Part shown: piece after piece, positions 51,781-63,030 of the stretch
How positions within the stretch are numbered: the first letter of the stretch is position 1
Layout of the letters: every line of letters begins with the position of its first letter
NCBI RefSeq assembly: GCF_036971445.1
Contig: NC_091474.1
Span: 195,796,001-195,860,000 of the forward strand
Reading direction: 5' to 3'
DNA from: Narcine bancroftii
Lineage: Eukaryota
Length of the DNA stretch: 64,000 nt
The notes under the pieces: model-generated
Database searches by the model: none
Told to the model about the DNA's origin: nothing
The model's input: only the letters and a program-made list of their open reading frames with translations
Made by a program: the position numbers and the translations under genes

Positions 51781-52573
51781 ATTCCAAATTTAGCAAAGAA
51801 TTACTAATAGAAAAGGGATGGGGTGAGAAAGGTTAGTGAGGGTTAGAAAAAAATGAGCACAGGGGAAGATCAAAAAGATATGGAAACTGGAACCAGGTAG
51901 AGGTGGGGGGGGGTGGTGGGGGGGGTGGTGGGGGGGGTTACCCAACATTGAAAAAATGTCATCCATGCTATTAGGTAACCCCCATATCCATATGATTTCT
52001 ATCTCATTCCCTATTCTTATACTTTACTCCCCAGCCCCCCTCCATCCTAATCTTTTCTTCCTCCACCTGTCTCTACATCTCACATCTTGTGTCCTACATA
52101 TCTTCTGAGTTCCTTTCCCAACTTCTTTCCCCTCTTGAGGTCAGTTCTCCTTTTTTTTAAATCTAAGTTTTAATAAAGGATCCCGACCCAAAACAATGAC
52201 CACTTCTTCCCATGATTCTCTCTGACCTTCTGCGTTCCTACCGAAGTTGATTGATAGGCCAAGAGATAGTCAATTGATCAAAGACTAATATGGTTGATAG
52301 TCAAATAAATAAAAAGTGCAGACAAAATGTTATGTCCTCAAAACATTGAAAGTTGAAGAAGTTCAAAATAACAAAAAAAAGTGTTATTTCTGGTCATGAG
52401 TTTACACAACTGGGATTAGTGAGATAATAGAGTATGAGGCAAATCATTCTCACAGATGTCAACAGTCTTTATTGCATTGGTAGAGAAGAATTTTCAGAAA
52501 AGTGAAAATGTATTTATTTGAATCCAAATAATTGACAAATGATTTGGTGGCATGTTTTGTCTTCGGAATTTCT

Positions 52574-53485
52574 TCAGGTTTCAGATTGATTATCAGAGTA
52601 TATACATGACATCATATAATATCTTGAGATTTCTTTTTCCTGCATGTGTGGCAGAATTACTGCTAATTGGAGGTGCAAAAAATAAACTGCACAGTATAAA
52701 CATGTAAACAAATAAAAGAACTCTAAACAGATAATGAATGTAAACAAACTGACTTTGCAATATAGAAAGAACAAAAGAAAATCAATAAAGTGCAGAAGTA
52801 AGAGTCCTTAAATGAGTTTGTCATTGAGGAGTCTGATGGTGGAGGGGTAACTGCTGTTCCTGAACATGGTGGTATGAGTCTTGTGGCACCTATATCTCTT
52901 TCCTAATGGCAGTAGCAAGAACGGAGCTGCTGCCCTCCGATGGCAATGTTCCCTGTAGATGTACTCAATAGTGGGGAGGATTTTGCCTGTGATGTCCTTG
53001 GCTGTGTCCACTATCTTTTGGAGGGCTTCAAGCTCAGGAATATTGGTGTTCCCATACTAGACCGTGATGCAGCTGGTCAACACACTTTCCACCACACCTC
53101 TGTTGAAATTTCCCTGTGTTTTTCGCGTCATACCAAACCTATGCAAACTCCTGAGGAAGTAGAGGCGCTGATGTGTTTTCTTCATGATGCCATTGACGTG
53201 TTGGGTCCAGAAAAGATCCTCCGAGATAGTGACTCCCAAGAACCTAAATTTGCTCACCTTATCTCCACCTCTGACCCACCAATGATCACTGAATTGGCTA
53301 CCTCTGGTTTTCCTTTCCTGATGTCAACAATCAGCTCCTTAGTTTTGGTGACATTCGCTGTACGATTGTTGTTGGTGCACTATTCAGCCAAGTTTTCAAT
53401 CTCCATCCTGTATACTGACTCATCCCCTTCCTTTATACAACCCTATACCATGGTATAATCAGAAAATTTGTAGATGGTGTTATTA
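52574..53485 (-). mobile_element. Rex1/Babar fragment, same family as 20575-21877
   Basis: KFRFLGVTISEDLFWTQH..KKTHQRLYFLRSL..VVESVLTSCITV; FRNSSYPSTIRLLN. Confidence 0.92.
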
Positions 53486-53731
53486 TAGCTGTATATAGCT
53501 GGTTAGTGTAGCCGCACTTAGCACAATACTGTTACAGTGCTAGCGATCAGGGATTCAAATTTATCCAGTACTAGAATCATATTTTTCATATTTAAAAATA
53601 ATATTGCCTGGCCAAAATAAAAAAAACAGAAATTTCCAACTCATAAATCTTCAAATAATTTGATCAAATTCATAAGACATAATTTACCATGCACAAAACA
53701 ATGCTGCCTATCTCTGATCAATCCTTGCCTT

Positions 53732-55010
53732 TCTTTTTTGAATATTTTATTTAAAATGTTTCCATACATGTAGTGATCATCATTAATATAGTAGAACGGA
53801 TTTTAAAATAAACAAATTAACGTTACATACATGATGGTTTTCACCCCATCCCAAAACCCTCTCCCTCCAACCTCCCCTCTCAGAAAAATGATATATATTC
53901 TATAATATATTCTATATTCTATAAAGAAGAAAGAAAGAAAGAGAAAGTTTTTTGATTGCATAGAGAGGTGTCATCCGGCACATCTCCAGATTCTTCATAA
54001 CCACTCAGAGGAGAATCTCGCAGGTCTAGAGGCATAGGAAGGAAATCATTATGAATTTAATCTCATTATTTGGGTGTACAGGTGCCAAATTTTCAAAAAC
54101 ATAGGGTACTTTTTCCTCAAATTATATGCAATTTTTTTCCAAAGGGATGCAACTTTGAATTTGTGCATGCCACCTTGAAAGTCCCAAAGATATATCACAC
54201 TTCCAAGTAACTGCAATGCATTTCCTTGCTACTGTTAATGATAATTTAACAAATTCCAATTGATAATTTGAACATTTTAATTTAGCTCTTGTACCTTCAA
54301 GATTTTCTAATAAAAATAAATCAGTACTTTGCAGAAAGACAATTCCTGTAACTTGTTCCAAAAAAAATCTGTAAATCTACCCAAAAGGGCCTTATATTGG
54401 GACAAGACCATGTTGAATGTATGAAAGATCCTACATCTTCACCACACCTACAACATAGATCCGATTAATCTGACTGCAGTCTATTCAACTTCTGTGGTGT
54501 AAGATATAGCTGATGTAAAAAAATATATATTGGACTCATCTATATCTTACATTAATAGTATTAGACCTACAATCCTTGCATAAATCTTCCCATATTTGCT
54601 GATGGATTATAATATTTAAATCTGTTTCCCATCTCTGTCCTTTTTTGGGAGTTCCTGCTTGTAAAAAGAATGAATATATCATAGAAGTAAATTTTTTAAT
54701 TATTCCTCTTCTAATAAGAAGTTCTACTTCAATATAAATAGATAAAAACATAGTTGGTCCAAGCTTATCCCTCAAATATGTTCTTAATTGAAAATAACAG
54801 GAAAGAGTATTATGTGGTAGAGCATATCTGTTCCTCAGTTGCTCAAATGACAGTAATTGACCCTTTCGTAACAATCTTCAACCTTTACAATCCCCTTACA
54901 AAACCAGGTATTCATAAACTGATTATCCCTTGAAAAAGCTATAAGGGATTTTGGATCAATGGCATTTTAGGCGATATGGACTCTTTTAAACTAATATCAT
55001 ATTTTATTCC
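53732..55010 (-). mobile_element. Fish-type L1 3' portion
   Basis: LLSFEQLRNRYALPHNTLSCYFQLR, poly-T start, colinear with 29352-32900. Confidence 0.88.
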
Positions 55011-55605
55011 AAAGCCTTGCTTTTCAAAGCAAAAGATAGGTGGGACCTATACAGTGAATAGTAGGAATTAGGGGAGTGTTATGGAGCAGAGGGATCTAAG
55101 AGAACAGGTGCATTGTATCTTGAAAATAGTATCACAGGTAGATAGGGTGGTCAAAAAGGCTTTCATCAGTCAGAGTGCTGAGTATGTTGGGAGGTCATGT
55201 TATAGTGGTATAAGATATTGGTGAAGCACCATTTGTAGTGTTGTGTTCACTTTTGGTCACCATGTAGCAGGAAAGATTTTGTGAAGATGGAGAGGATGCA
55301 GAGAAGAGTTTTGAAGATATTGGCAGGGATGAGGCCTGAGCTGTAGGGAGAAGTTGAGCAGACCAAGGCTTTATTTCTAGGAGTGCAGTAAGATGATCTC
55401 TCAGACGCATAAAAAATCATGAGATATATAAATGGGGTGAATGCAGGGTGTCTTTTGCCCAGAGTAGGGGAATTGGTAACCAGAGGACTTAAGTTTAAGT
55501 TGAGGGGGAGACGTTTCATAGGAACTCGAGAGGCAACTTGTTTACACAGTGAGCGGTAAGTGTATGGAATGGGCTGCTGAAGGAGGTGGTTGAGGCATGT
55601 GCTAT
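55010..55605 (+). mobile_element. Degenerate CR1 fragment
   Basis: GAGCAGAGGGATCTAAGAGAACAGGTGCAT..GTATAAGATATTGGTGAAGCACCA..ACCAGAGGAC, colinear with 5780-6300. Confidence 0.8.
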
Positions 55606-55700
55606 TGTTCAAGTTTGTTTTCATTCAATTGTACAAAAATGCATTGTCCAGTCCTCAGTGCAAGAACATTGCCAACATACATACAGACATAACACATAGA

Positions 55701-55876
55701 TGTCATGATAATGAATATGTATGAGATGTACCGGAAGTCACGTGGTATGAGAGAGAGATAAGAACACAAGCAGGAGAACAAAGGAAACCGGAGAATAAAA
55801 AGACACTAAGAAGTTTACCTGATAAACTTGTGTTTAATGTTTTATTAACTTCACATTTCGGGCCACAAATGTGACA
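55701..55876 (+). repeat. 5' LTR (176 bp)
   Basis: TGTCA...TGACA ends. Differs from the 3' LTR by 2 substitutions and one GA unit. Confidence 0.97.
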
Positions 55877-55877
55877 T

Positions 55878-55891
55878 TGGCGACGAGGATG
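55878..55891 (+). promoter_or_regulatory. Primer-binding site, tRNA-Ser(GCU)
   Basis: TGGCGACGAGGATG is complementary to the vertebrate tRNA-Ser(GCU) 3' end CATCCTCGTCGCCA (tRNA sequence recalled, not searched). Confidence 0.88.
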
Positions 55892-56006
55892 AAAGAAGCT
55901 TGAAGAAAATTAAAGACTAAACAAGATTACAGAGGATTACAGACAACTTCAAGGTGATAAGAATTTTCTCTGTGTCTCAGTACTTTTGGGGCTGGAATAT
56001 TTCCTC

Positions 56007-59000
56007 ATGGCTGGGGCAGACAGTGACTTTCTAACACATAGTGGAATTGCTCATTTTGACCCAATGGGTGATGCAAGCACTGTAAGTGTGAAGTGGAAGG
56101 CATGGCTGGAAGAATTTGAATCCTATGCCGACAGACGTGGCCTATTTCTAGATACCGGTACAGTTGAACAAAAAGCGCAGAGAAGGGCGTTACTTCTTTT
56201 CACTGCTGGACCTGCAGTTCGGGAAACATTTAAAACACTTTTGAATACTGGAAGAAAGGATGAGTACCGGAAAGCGGTAGATGCATTAAATGCACACTAT
56301 GTAGTGACACCGAATGCTACATTTCAACGCCATTTGTTTCGGAGAACGAGACAAGAAGATGGCCAGACAATTGCTCAGTACGTGATGAGACTACGCCAGC
56401 TAGCTGTTGGATGCAATTACATGCCAGCTGATTTGGACAACCAATTATTGGATCAAGTCGTACAGCCACTGTAGATCAGATAAACTCAGAAGACGTCTAC
56501 TGGAAAGAGGGAGTGAGTTGGAACTCACCGATGCTTTAGCCATTGCTGCTGCATTAGAGGCTGTTGAAGGGCAATTTCATACCATGACCCTGAAAGACAA
56601 CTCAAGCCAGCAAATTAAGAGGCTCTCACATCGCCATAACCAGCCATAACCAGCCAAGATATACGTCGACGCAGGACGTGGAGTGTTATCGATGTGGAAA
56701 CCGAGATCACTTTGGAAAAGACCCATATTGCCCGGCCAAAGGCAAAGTTTGCAGAAAGTGTGGAGGTAAGGACCACTTTGCAAAGAAGTGCAAAAGCAAG
56801 TCCAATGCAGACCAGAAGAGGAAGAATACAACTTCCAAACCCTGGGAGAAAGGAAAGTATGCTGGAAAGAAAGATACCATTCGCCAGATAGACAGTGACG
56901 ATGATGATACCCAGGAGGGACAGAGTTGTTACCAATTTACGTTGAATGAAGTACATCATGAGAAGGTCCCAGTGATCATTGGTGGAGTGACAGTGCAGGT
57001 CATTGTAGACTCAGGCAGTGACAGTAATGTGATTGATCGACATTTATGGGAGAAGTTGAAAAGGAAAAAGATCATCTGTACCTCAAAGAAGTGTTCCAAG
57101 AAACTATATCCATACACAGCAACAAAGCCATTGCAGACCATTTACTGCAACTGTTGAAGCTGGAGATAAGTACACTGAAGCAGAGTTTATGGTCATAGAA
57201 GAGAGGGGAGAACCATTGCTGAGTAGAAGCACAGTGCAAGATCTGGCAATACTTCATATTGGAGCTTGTGTCAATTCAATTCAGTCATACGAGGATATGA
57301 AGCAAGGATTCCCCGCAGTCTTCCAAGGAGTAGGAAACCTGAAAGGTCGACAATTGAAGCTAGCGGTAGATGAAACGGTCAAACCCAAGGCACAACCAAT
57401 GCGCCGAACTCCATTTGGACTTCGTGGGAAAGTCGAAGCCAAAATTAAAGAATTGATCGAACAAGACATTATAGAACTGGTGGAACATTCGACACAATGG
57501 GTCAGTCCCGTAGTGATTGTGTCCAAACCAAAGGGTGACATAAGACTATGTGTTGACATGAGAATGGCCAATGAAGCTATAATTAGAGAATGACACCCTA
57601 TACCAACAGTGGAGGAAATACTTCAAGAACTAACTACCAGCAAGATATTTTCAAAAATTGATCTGAAGTGAGGCTATCATCAATTAGAGCTGGATCCAGG
57701 TTCCTGGGATGTGACAACATTTGTGACTCACTGTGGATTGTATCGTTACAAGAGACTATCATTTGGAATTAATGCAGCTTCGGAGATCTACCAGTATGAA
57801 ATCCGTCGAGTGATTCAAGGCATTCCTGGAGTTGCCAACATTTCTGATGACATCATAGTCCATGCACCAACGAAGGAAGAGCATGACAAACGGTTGAGGC
57901 GTGTACTATCTAGACTACAGGAGGCAGGCCTTACCGTGAATGGAAACAAGTGCCAGTTCGGTGTGTCAGAAATGGACTTCATGGGACACAGACTTACACG
58001 GAAAGGACTAAACCCTGCAGAGGCCAAGGTGAAAGCTATTGAAGAGGCACGTGCACCTCAGAACGCAACAGAGGTGAGGAGTTTCCTGGGATTGGTCAAT
58101 TTTTGTGCAAAGTTCATTCCTAATTTTGCTACAGTGGCAGAACCACTAAGGAAACTAACCAGGAAAGGTGTACCTTTTCATTTTGGATCTGAGCAGAAGA
58201 AAGTGTTCACAGCGCTGAAGCAAAGCCTGACAGATGCAAAAACTCTTGGATATTACGATCCGGCGGCATCAACCAAAGTTATAGTGGATGCCAGCCCGGT
58301 TGGTTTAGGAGCCGTGTTGGTCCAGATGCATGATGGAGGACCAAGAATCATTGCCTATGCCAGCAGATCGTTATCAGATGTGGAAAGAAGATACTCTCAG
58401 ACAGAGAAAGAAGCACTCGGACTTGTATGGGCCTGTGAGAGGTTCCATGCATATTTATATGGCATTGAATTTGAACTCATCACAGATCATAAGCCGTTAG
58501 AGGTGATCTATGCACCTAGATCCAAACCATGTGCCAGAATAGAGAGATGGGTACTCAGACTACAACCCTACAAATATAAAGTAATCCACATTGCAGGGAA
58601 AGCAAACATTGCAGATCCACTGTCCAGATTGGTGAAGGATGGATGTCCACAATCCAAGTCAGAATTGGGAACAGAAACAGAGAGCTTTGTACGCTTCGTA
58701 GCTATTCAGGCGACACCGAAAGCTGTGACTACGAAGGAAGTCGAGAGAGAATCCGAACATGATCCAGAACTCATGGAAGTAAGAGAATGCATACAGAGTG
58801 GACAATGGGACAAGTGTACTCACAAGGCTTACATTCCCATTAGAGACGAACTTTGTTGCATCGGACAGTGTGTATTAAGAGGTTGCAGATTGGTGATTCC
58901 GCAAAGATTGAGACCGAAGATCGTATCCTTAGCGCATGAAGGACACCTAGGTATTGTTGGTACCAAGCCAAACCTCAGAACCAAGGTATGGTGGCCAGGT

Positions 59001-60101
59001 TGTGATAAAGACGCAGAGAAATTTATTAAAACTTGTCACGGATGTCAAATCACAAGTAGGAGTAATCCGCCAGAACCGATCCGGAGTACACAACTCCCGA
59101 CAGGACCATGGATCGACGTAGCTGTTGATTTTCTTGGACCTTTACCGACGGGTGAATCAATTATGGTAGTGATAGATTACTACAGCAGATACTCTGAGTA
59201 CGTGGTGTTGAAGTCCACAACCACTGAAAAAACAATACAAGCGTTAGCAGAGATATTCGCAAGATATGGATTACTTGTTACATTATACTCTGACAATGGT
59301 CCACAATTCATTTCAGAGACATCTACGGAATACATGAGGACAACAGGTATCCACCATCATAAAGTAACTCGGAAATGGCCGCAAGCCAACGGAGAAGTAG
59401 AGAGACAAAATCAATCCATTGAAAAACGATTGAGGATTGCACACGCAGAAGGACAAAATTGGTGAGAAGCATTGCTATCTTATGTGGCTGTCTATCGAGC
59501 AACGCCTCATGCAACCACTGGAAAAAGTCCTGCAGAAGCATTTTTTGGGAGAAAAATCCGCACAAAAATGCCAGAAATAAAGGAAATCCGAGACGACCAG
59601 GAGATGAGGGACCATGATGCTGAAAAGAAAGGTGCAGCAAAGCTGTACACAGATTCGAAACGTGGAGCCAAGTACTCAGACATCATGCCAGGAGATAATG
59701 TTCTAGTGAGGCATGAAGGTGGTGGTAAGCTAGATACACCTTATTACCATCAACCCTATACTGTCGTATCCAGAAGTGGCAGTATGGTGACAGTCAAGTC
59801 TCCGACTGGAGTCCTGTATAAGAGAAATGTATCAGATGTAAAAAGGTACCAGTCCAGAGATACATCGAGCGAAGAGGTTGAAAGGCCAATACGAGATGCT
59901 GAAATTGAGAGACCTGATGATGTTCCAGAGGCAGTTACCAGCACTCCTGATGAAGTGACTAGAGCACCAGAAACACCCGAAGCCATGGCGAGCAGTATTG
60001 CCGACGCCGAGAGTGAACAACCGAGAAGCGACGACAATATCGCAGGCAGGCCGAAACGAAACCGGAAAGTGCCCAAACGATACGAAGACTTTGTGCCATA
60101 G
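56007..60101 (+). pseudogene. Disrupted gag-pol polyprotein
   Basis: Gag WKAWLEEFESY; knuckles CYRCGNRDH..C and CRKCGGKDHFAKKC; protease IVDSGSD; RT RLCVDMR..NISDDIIV; RNase H VDASPVG..YSQTEKEAL; IN HEGH..CHGC, VDFLGP, SDNGPQF, NGEVER. Frameshifts near 56460, 56650-56680 and 57140. In-frame TGA at 57591, 57669 and 59463. Confidence 0.95.
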
Positions 60102-60269
60102 TTTTAATAAGAACTTTGGGACAGTATTTTAATCTTATATCATAAAGTGCATGTATGAGTGCTGTAGGAAGTAAATTTTATGTAGTTGAGTTATAGTATT
60201 ACCATTAGTTACGATGTTTGTATGTTTCCGAGGGATATTGGTAAGTGAAGGTAAAGTTTATTTCTGATT

Positions 60270-60279
60270 AAAGGAGGGA
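60270..60279 (+). promoter_or_regulatory. Polypurine tract
   Basis: AAAGGAGGGA directly before the 3' LTR. Confidence 0.9.
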
Positions 60280-60457
60280 TGTCATCATAATGAATATGTA
60301 TGAGATGTACCGGAAGTCACGTGGTATGAGAGAGAGAGATAAGAACACAAGCAGGAGAACAAAGGAAACCGGAGAATAAAAAGACACTAAGAAGTTTACC
60401 TGATAAACTTGTGTTTAATGTTTTATTAACTTCACATTTCGGACCACAAATGTGACA
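60280..60457 (+). repeat. 3' LTR (178 bp)
   Basis: Direct repeat of 55701-55876. Confidence 0.97.
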
Positions 60458-60557
60458 ATATACAGACCGTAAATATATTTCTAAATAAATAGTAGTCTCA
60501 GAGGGATTGTATGAGCAGTTCAACGGTCATTCAACAGTCTCACTGCCTGAGGGAAGA

Positions 60558-60786
60558 AGTAAAAACACGATGCTGGAGAAACTCAGGCAGGTCAAACAGT
60601 GTACTATATATCGTACTATATTACCAACGTTTCGGGCTTGAGCCTTTCATCGAGGTATGTATGAATGGCTTCATTTTGTTAACGTATCTTTATCTTTGCG
60701 ATATAAAGTACACCGTTTGTCCTGCTGAGTTTCTCCAGCATTGTGTTTTTACTTCAACCACGGTTTCCACAGGCTTTCATATTTTA
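60558..60786. mobile_element. Penelope pLTR hairpin with 14-bp TSD
   Basis: Inverted arms at ~60556-60613 and 60699-60755 plus tail. TSD TGCCTGAGGGAAGA / TGCCAGTGGGAAGA. Confidence 0.88.
60622..60657 (-). ncRNA. Minimal type-I hammerhead-ribozyme-like motif (variant core)
   Basis: Minus strand UACC-UCGAUGA-A-AGGC-UCAA-GCCC-GAAA-CG-U-U-GGUA gives stem I, a core-like box, stem II, GAAA and palindromic ACGU. It deviates from the CUGANGA consensus. Confidence 0.55.
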
Positions 60787-62773
60787 TGCCAGTGGGAAGA
60801 ACTTGTTTCTCAGCCTGATGGTTCTTTACCTCTTTCCCAACAGGAGTAGCTGAAAGATGTTGTGTGTGATGTAATAGGGGTCATCAATTATTTTTTTATT
60901 GTAAAGTTTAAGAAAAATTTGGACAGATATATGGATAGGATGAGTTTGGAGGAATATGGGCCAAATACAGATTGGTGGGATTAGTACGGGTGCAGATCTT
61001 TGTCAGTGTGAGCAAGCCAGGACAAAGGGTATGTTACCATGCAAAATGACTATTTCAAATCAGAATACCCTTCCTACTTGCCTTTGATAATTTGCAAAAT
61101 ATTATCATGTGAAATTTACATCCAATAAAGTTCTATTTTGTATCCCAGATTTTGCACTTGTAGTGATGGTAAAATGAGTAGTATTTTCCAGTAATTATAT
61201 CGTGAAACATGGAAATGTTAGTATTTCTAGTGAAGTGAAGCAGAAATACCCATCTTCACAGTAGCTTTTTGAAGCTTCAAAAGTTATATTTGATATTTCA
61301 GTTTTTAATTTGATGATAAGCATACATTGCAATGTCCATATTGAGCCATTTTAAAGGTTAAAATATTAATGAAAAACTTTGCCTTTGCATTTCAGTGCAG
61401 TTAGCTGTGATAATTCTTCATTGTGATTGACTATTCAGCTAGTTTGATGACATCACCTTTCCTGGACAAAACTCAATACCTAGTGGCAGTTCATGACACA
61501 AAAATACTGTTATTTTTGTGGACAAAAGTAAGTAAATAATGCTGTCATTTGTGCCTGCCTGCAAAATCCATCTTGTAATTGCAGAAAGACAAATAAAATT
61601 AATGTGGAACAGCTATATTTAATGTCATCAAAAATTGGGATGATTAATTGATCAATAAACTATTCAATTACAAAATCTGTTGAAACACTAGGTTTCAATG
61701 AAATATAGTGTTCCTCTCTTCAAATCCAATGTGAACAATTAAGAATAGCCCTTTGAATATATTTTGTTATAGTAAATGATATTAAGAATGAAAACTAGAT
61801 TTGTATCTGTCTTTGTCTTTCTATATCATACAATATATATTTATGGCTTCATACCATCTCAAGGGTTTACTCCTTATTGCAGCTACCTATATTAATCTGT
61901 CAAGTTTGTAATAATTTTTTTTTATTCATCACTTCCCCAGTGTGGAATGTAACACACGTGGTGGATCGAGAGTAGTATTGCATGTTTCCCAGAAAAGCTC
62001 CTCTCGGTCATATGAAGGGAAAGTTTTGCAATATTTTGAATCTTTTATAAAGTGTCATTGGTATTGACCATTTATGGAAGATGAACATGAATTAATATTA
62101 CCAGGGTAGATGGATCTGAATTTATGCAGAGCACATGGACATTTAAAATACACATCTTTGGACTCTTGTTTTGGGATCATTTCAAATCACAAATTTAGAC
62201 TTATTTTTAAATAATGAATATTTTCTTCTTTCAGTACAAGGAGATGTCAAAGAGGAATATTTATCATTAAGCCAAATTAATATTAGTGCAAGTTGGCATG
62301 TCATTCAAGTGCAATGCATCTTAACCCACACTATGTGGACATTAACATTAATGAAAGAGAAAAAAATTCATTTCAGTTTTTAAACAAAAAATATGTTTCA
62401 TATGCCGTCCGAGAAAAAAAAATCCAAAATCTTGAAATGTACTTCCGCTGTGAGCAACGTAAAAATTAACTGGAATTTACTGCATGTTTGTCATTGTCTG
62501 AATAGTCAGCTGGTTCTGGAAGTGTATGACCAGCAAAGGTTCCTCCTGTTTGAATCCCAAAGTTGCAAATAGTTGTATTTTTCAGCTACTCAGAGTTGTG
62601 CAGTGGCAAGAATGAGTTGGCTACACCATGAGAAGGGCTGTAATTTTTATTTCCTCATTTATACTGTACAATTAGCCCACTCTCACCAAGCCCTAAATCA
62701 ACCAAGATGAGGGCAATGGAGAGAAGGTGAAAGTGCCAAAAGGAGGGAGAAAGAAGGTGTAGTAGAGATATCA

Positions 62774-63030
62774 GGTGCAACGGTTGGCATAACGGTTAGC
62801 GCACACCTTTACAGTGCCAGTGATTGGGGCCGGGGTTCGAATCACCTGCTGTCATTAAGGACTATGTACATTCTCCCCATGTTTGTGTGGGTTTTCCCCA
62901 GGGCTCTGGTTTCCTCCCACCATTCGAAATGTACCACGGAGTGTAGGTTAATTGGGTGTAAATTGGGGGCTGAAAGAGCCTGTTACCATGCTGTATGTCT
63001 AAATTAAAATTGAAATTAAAAAAAAATAAA
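62774..63030 (+). mobile_element. Full-length V-type tRNA-derived SINE
   Basis: A box TGGCATAACGG, B box GGTTCGAATC, V core TTCTCCCCATGTTTGTGTGGGTTTTCC..GGTTTCCTCCCAC, A-rich tail. Confidence 0.88.

Larger units (their letters stand above)
55701..60457 (+). mobile_element. Full-length Ty3/Gypsy (Mag-like) LTR retrotransposon, 4757 bp
   Basis: Two LTRs, PBS, gag-PR-RT-RH-IN order, PPT, 5-bp TSD ATAGA/ATATA. Two CCHC knuckles and a Ser PBS fit the Mag group. Confidence 0.97.
55608..60890 (-). mobile_element. Rex1-type 3' end remnant hosting the Gypsy element and a Penelope hairpin
   Basis: Pieces 55608-55700, 60458-60557 and 60787-60890 together are colinear with 28735-29095. Confidence 0.6.

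Noticed and set aside
51900-51940. G-rich tract with quadruplex potential (also 26465-26492 and 18153-18172)
   Set aside because: Simple low-complexity runs inside or next to TE remnants, with no sign of function
62774-62850. A/B boxes suggesting a tRNA gene
   Set aside because: No cloverleaf, and it continues into a V-SINE core and tail
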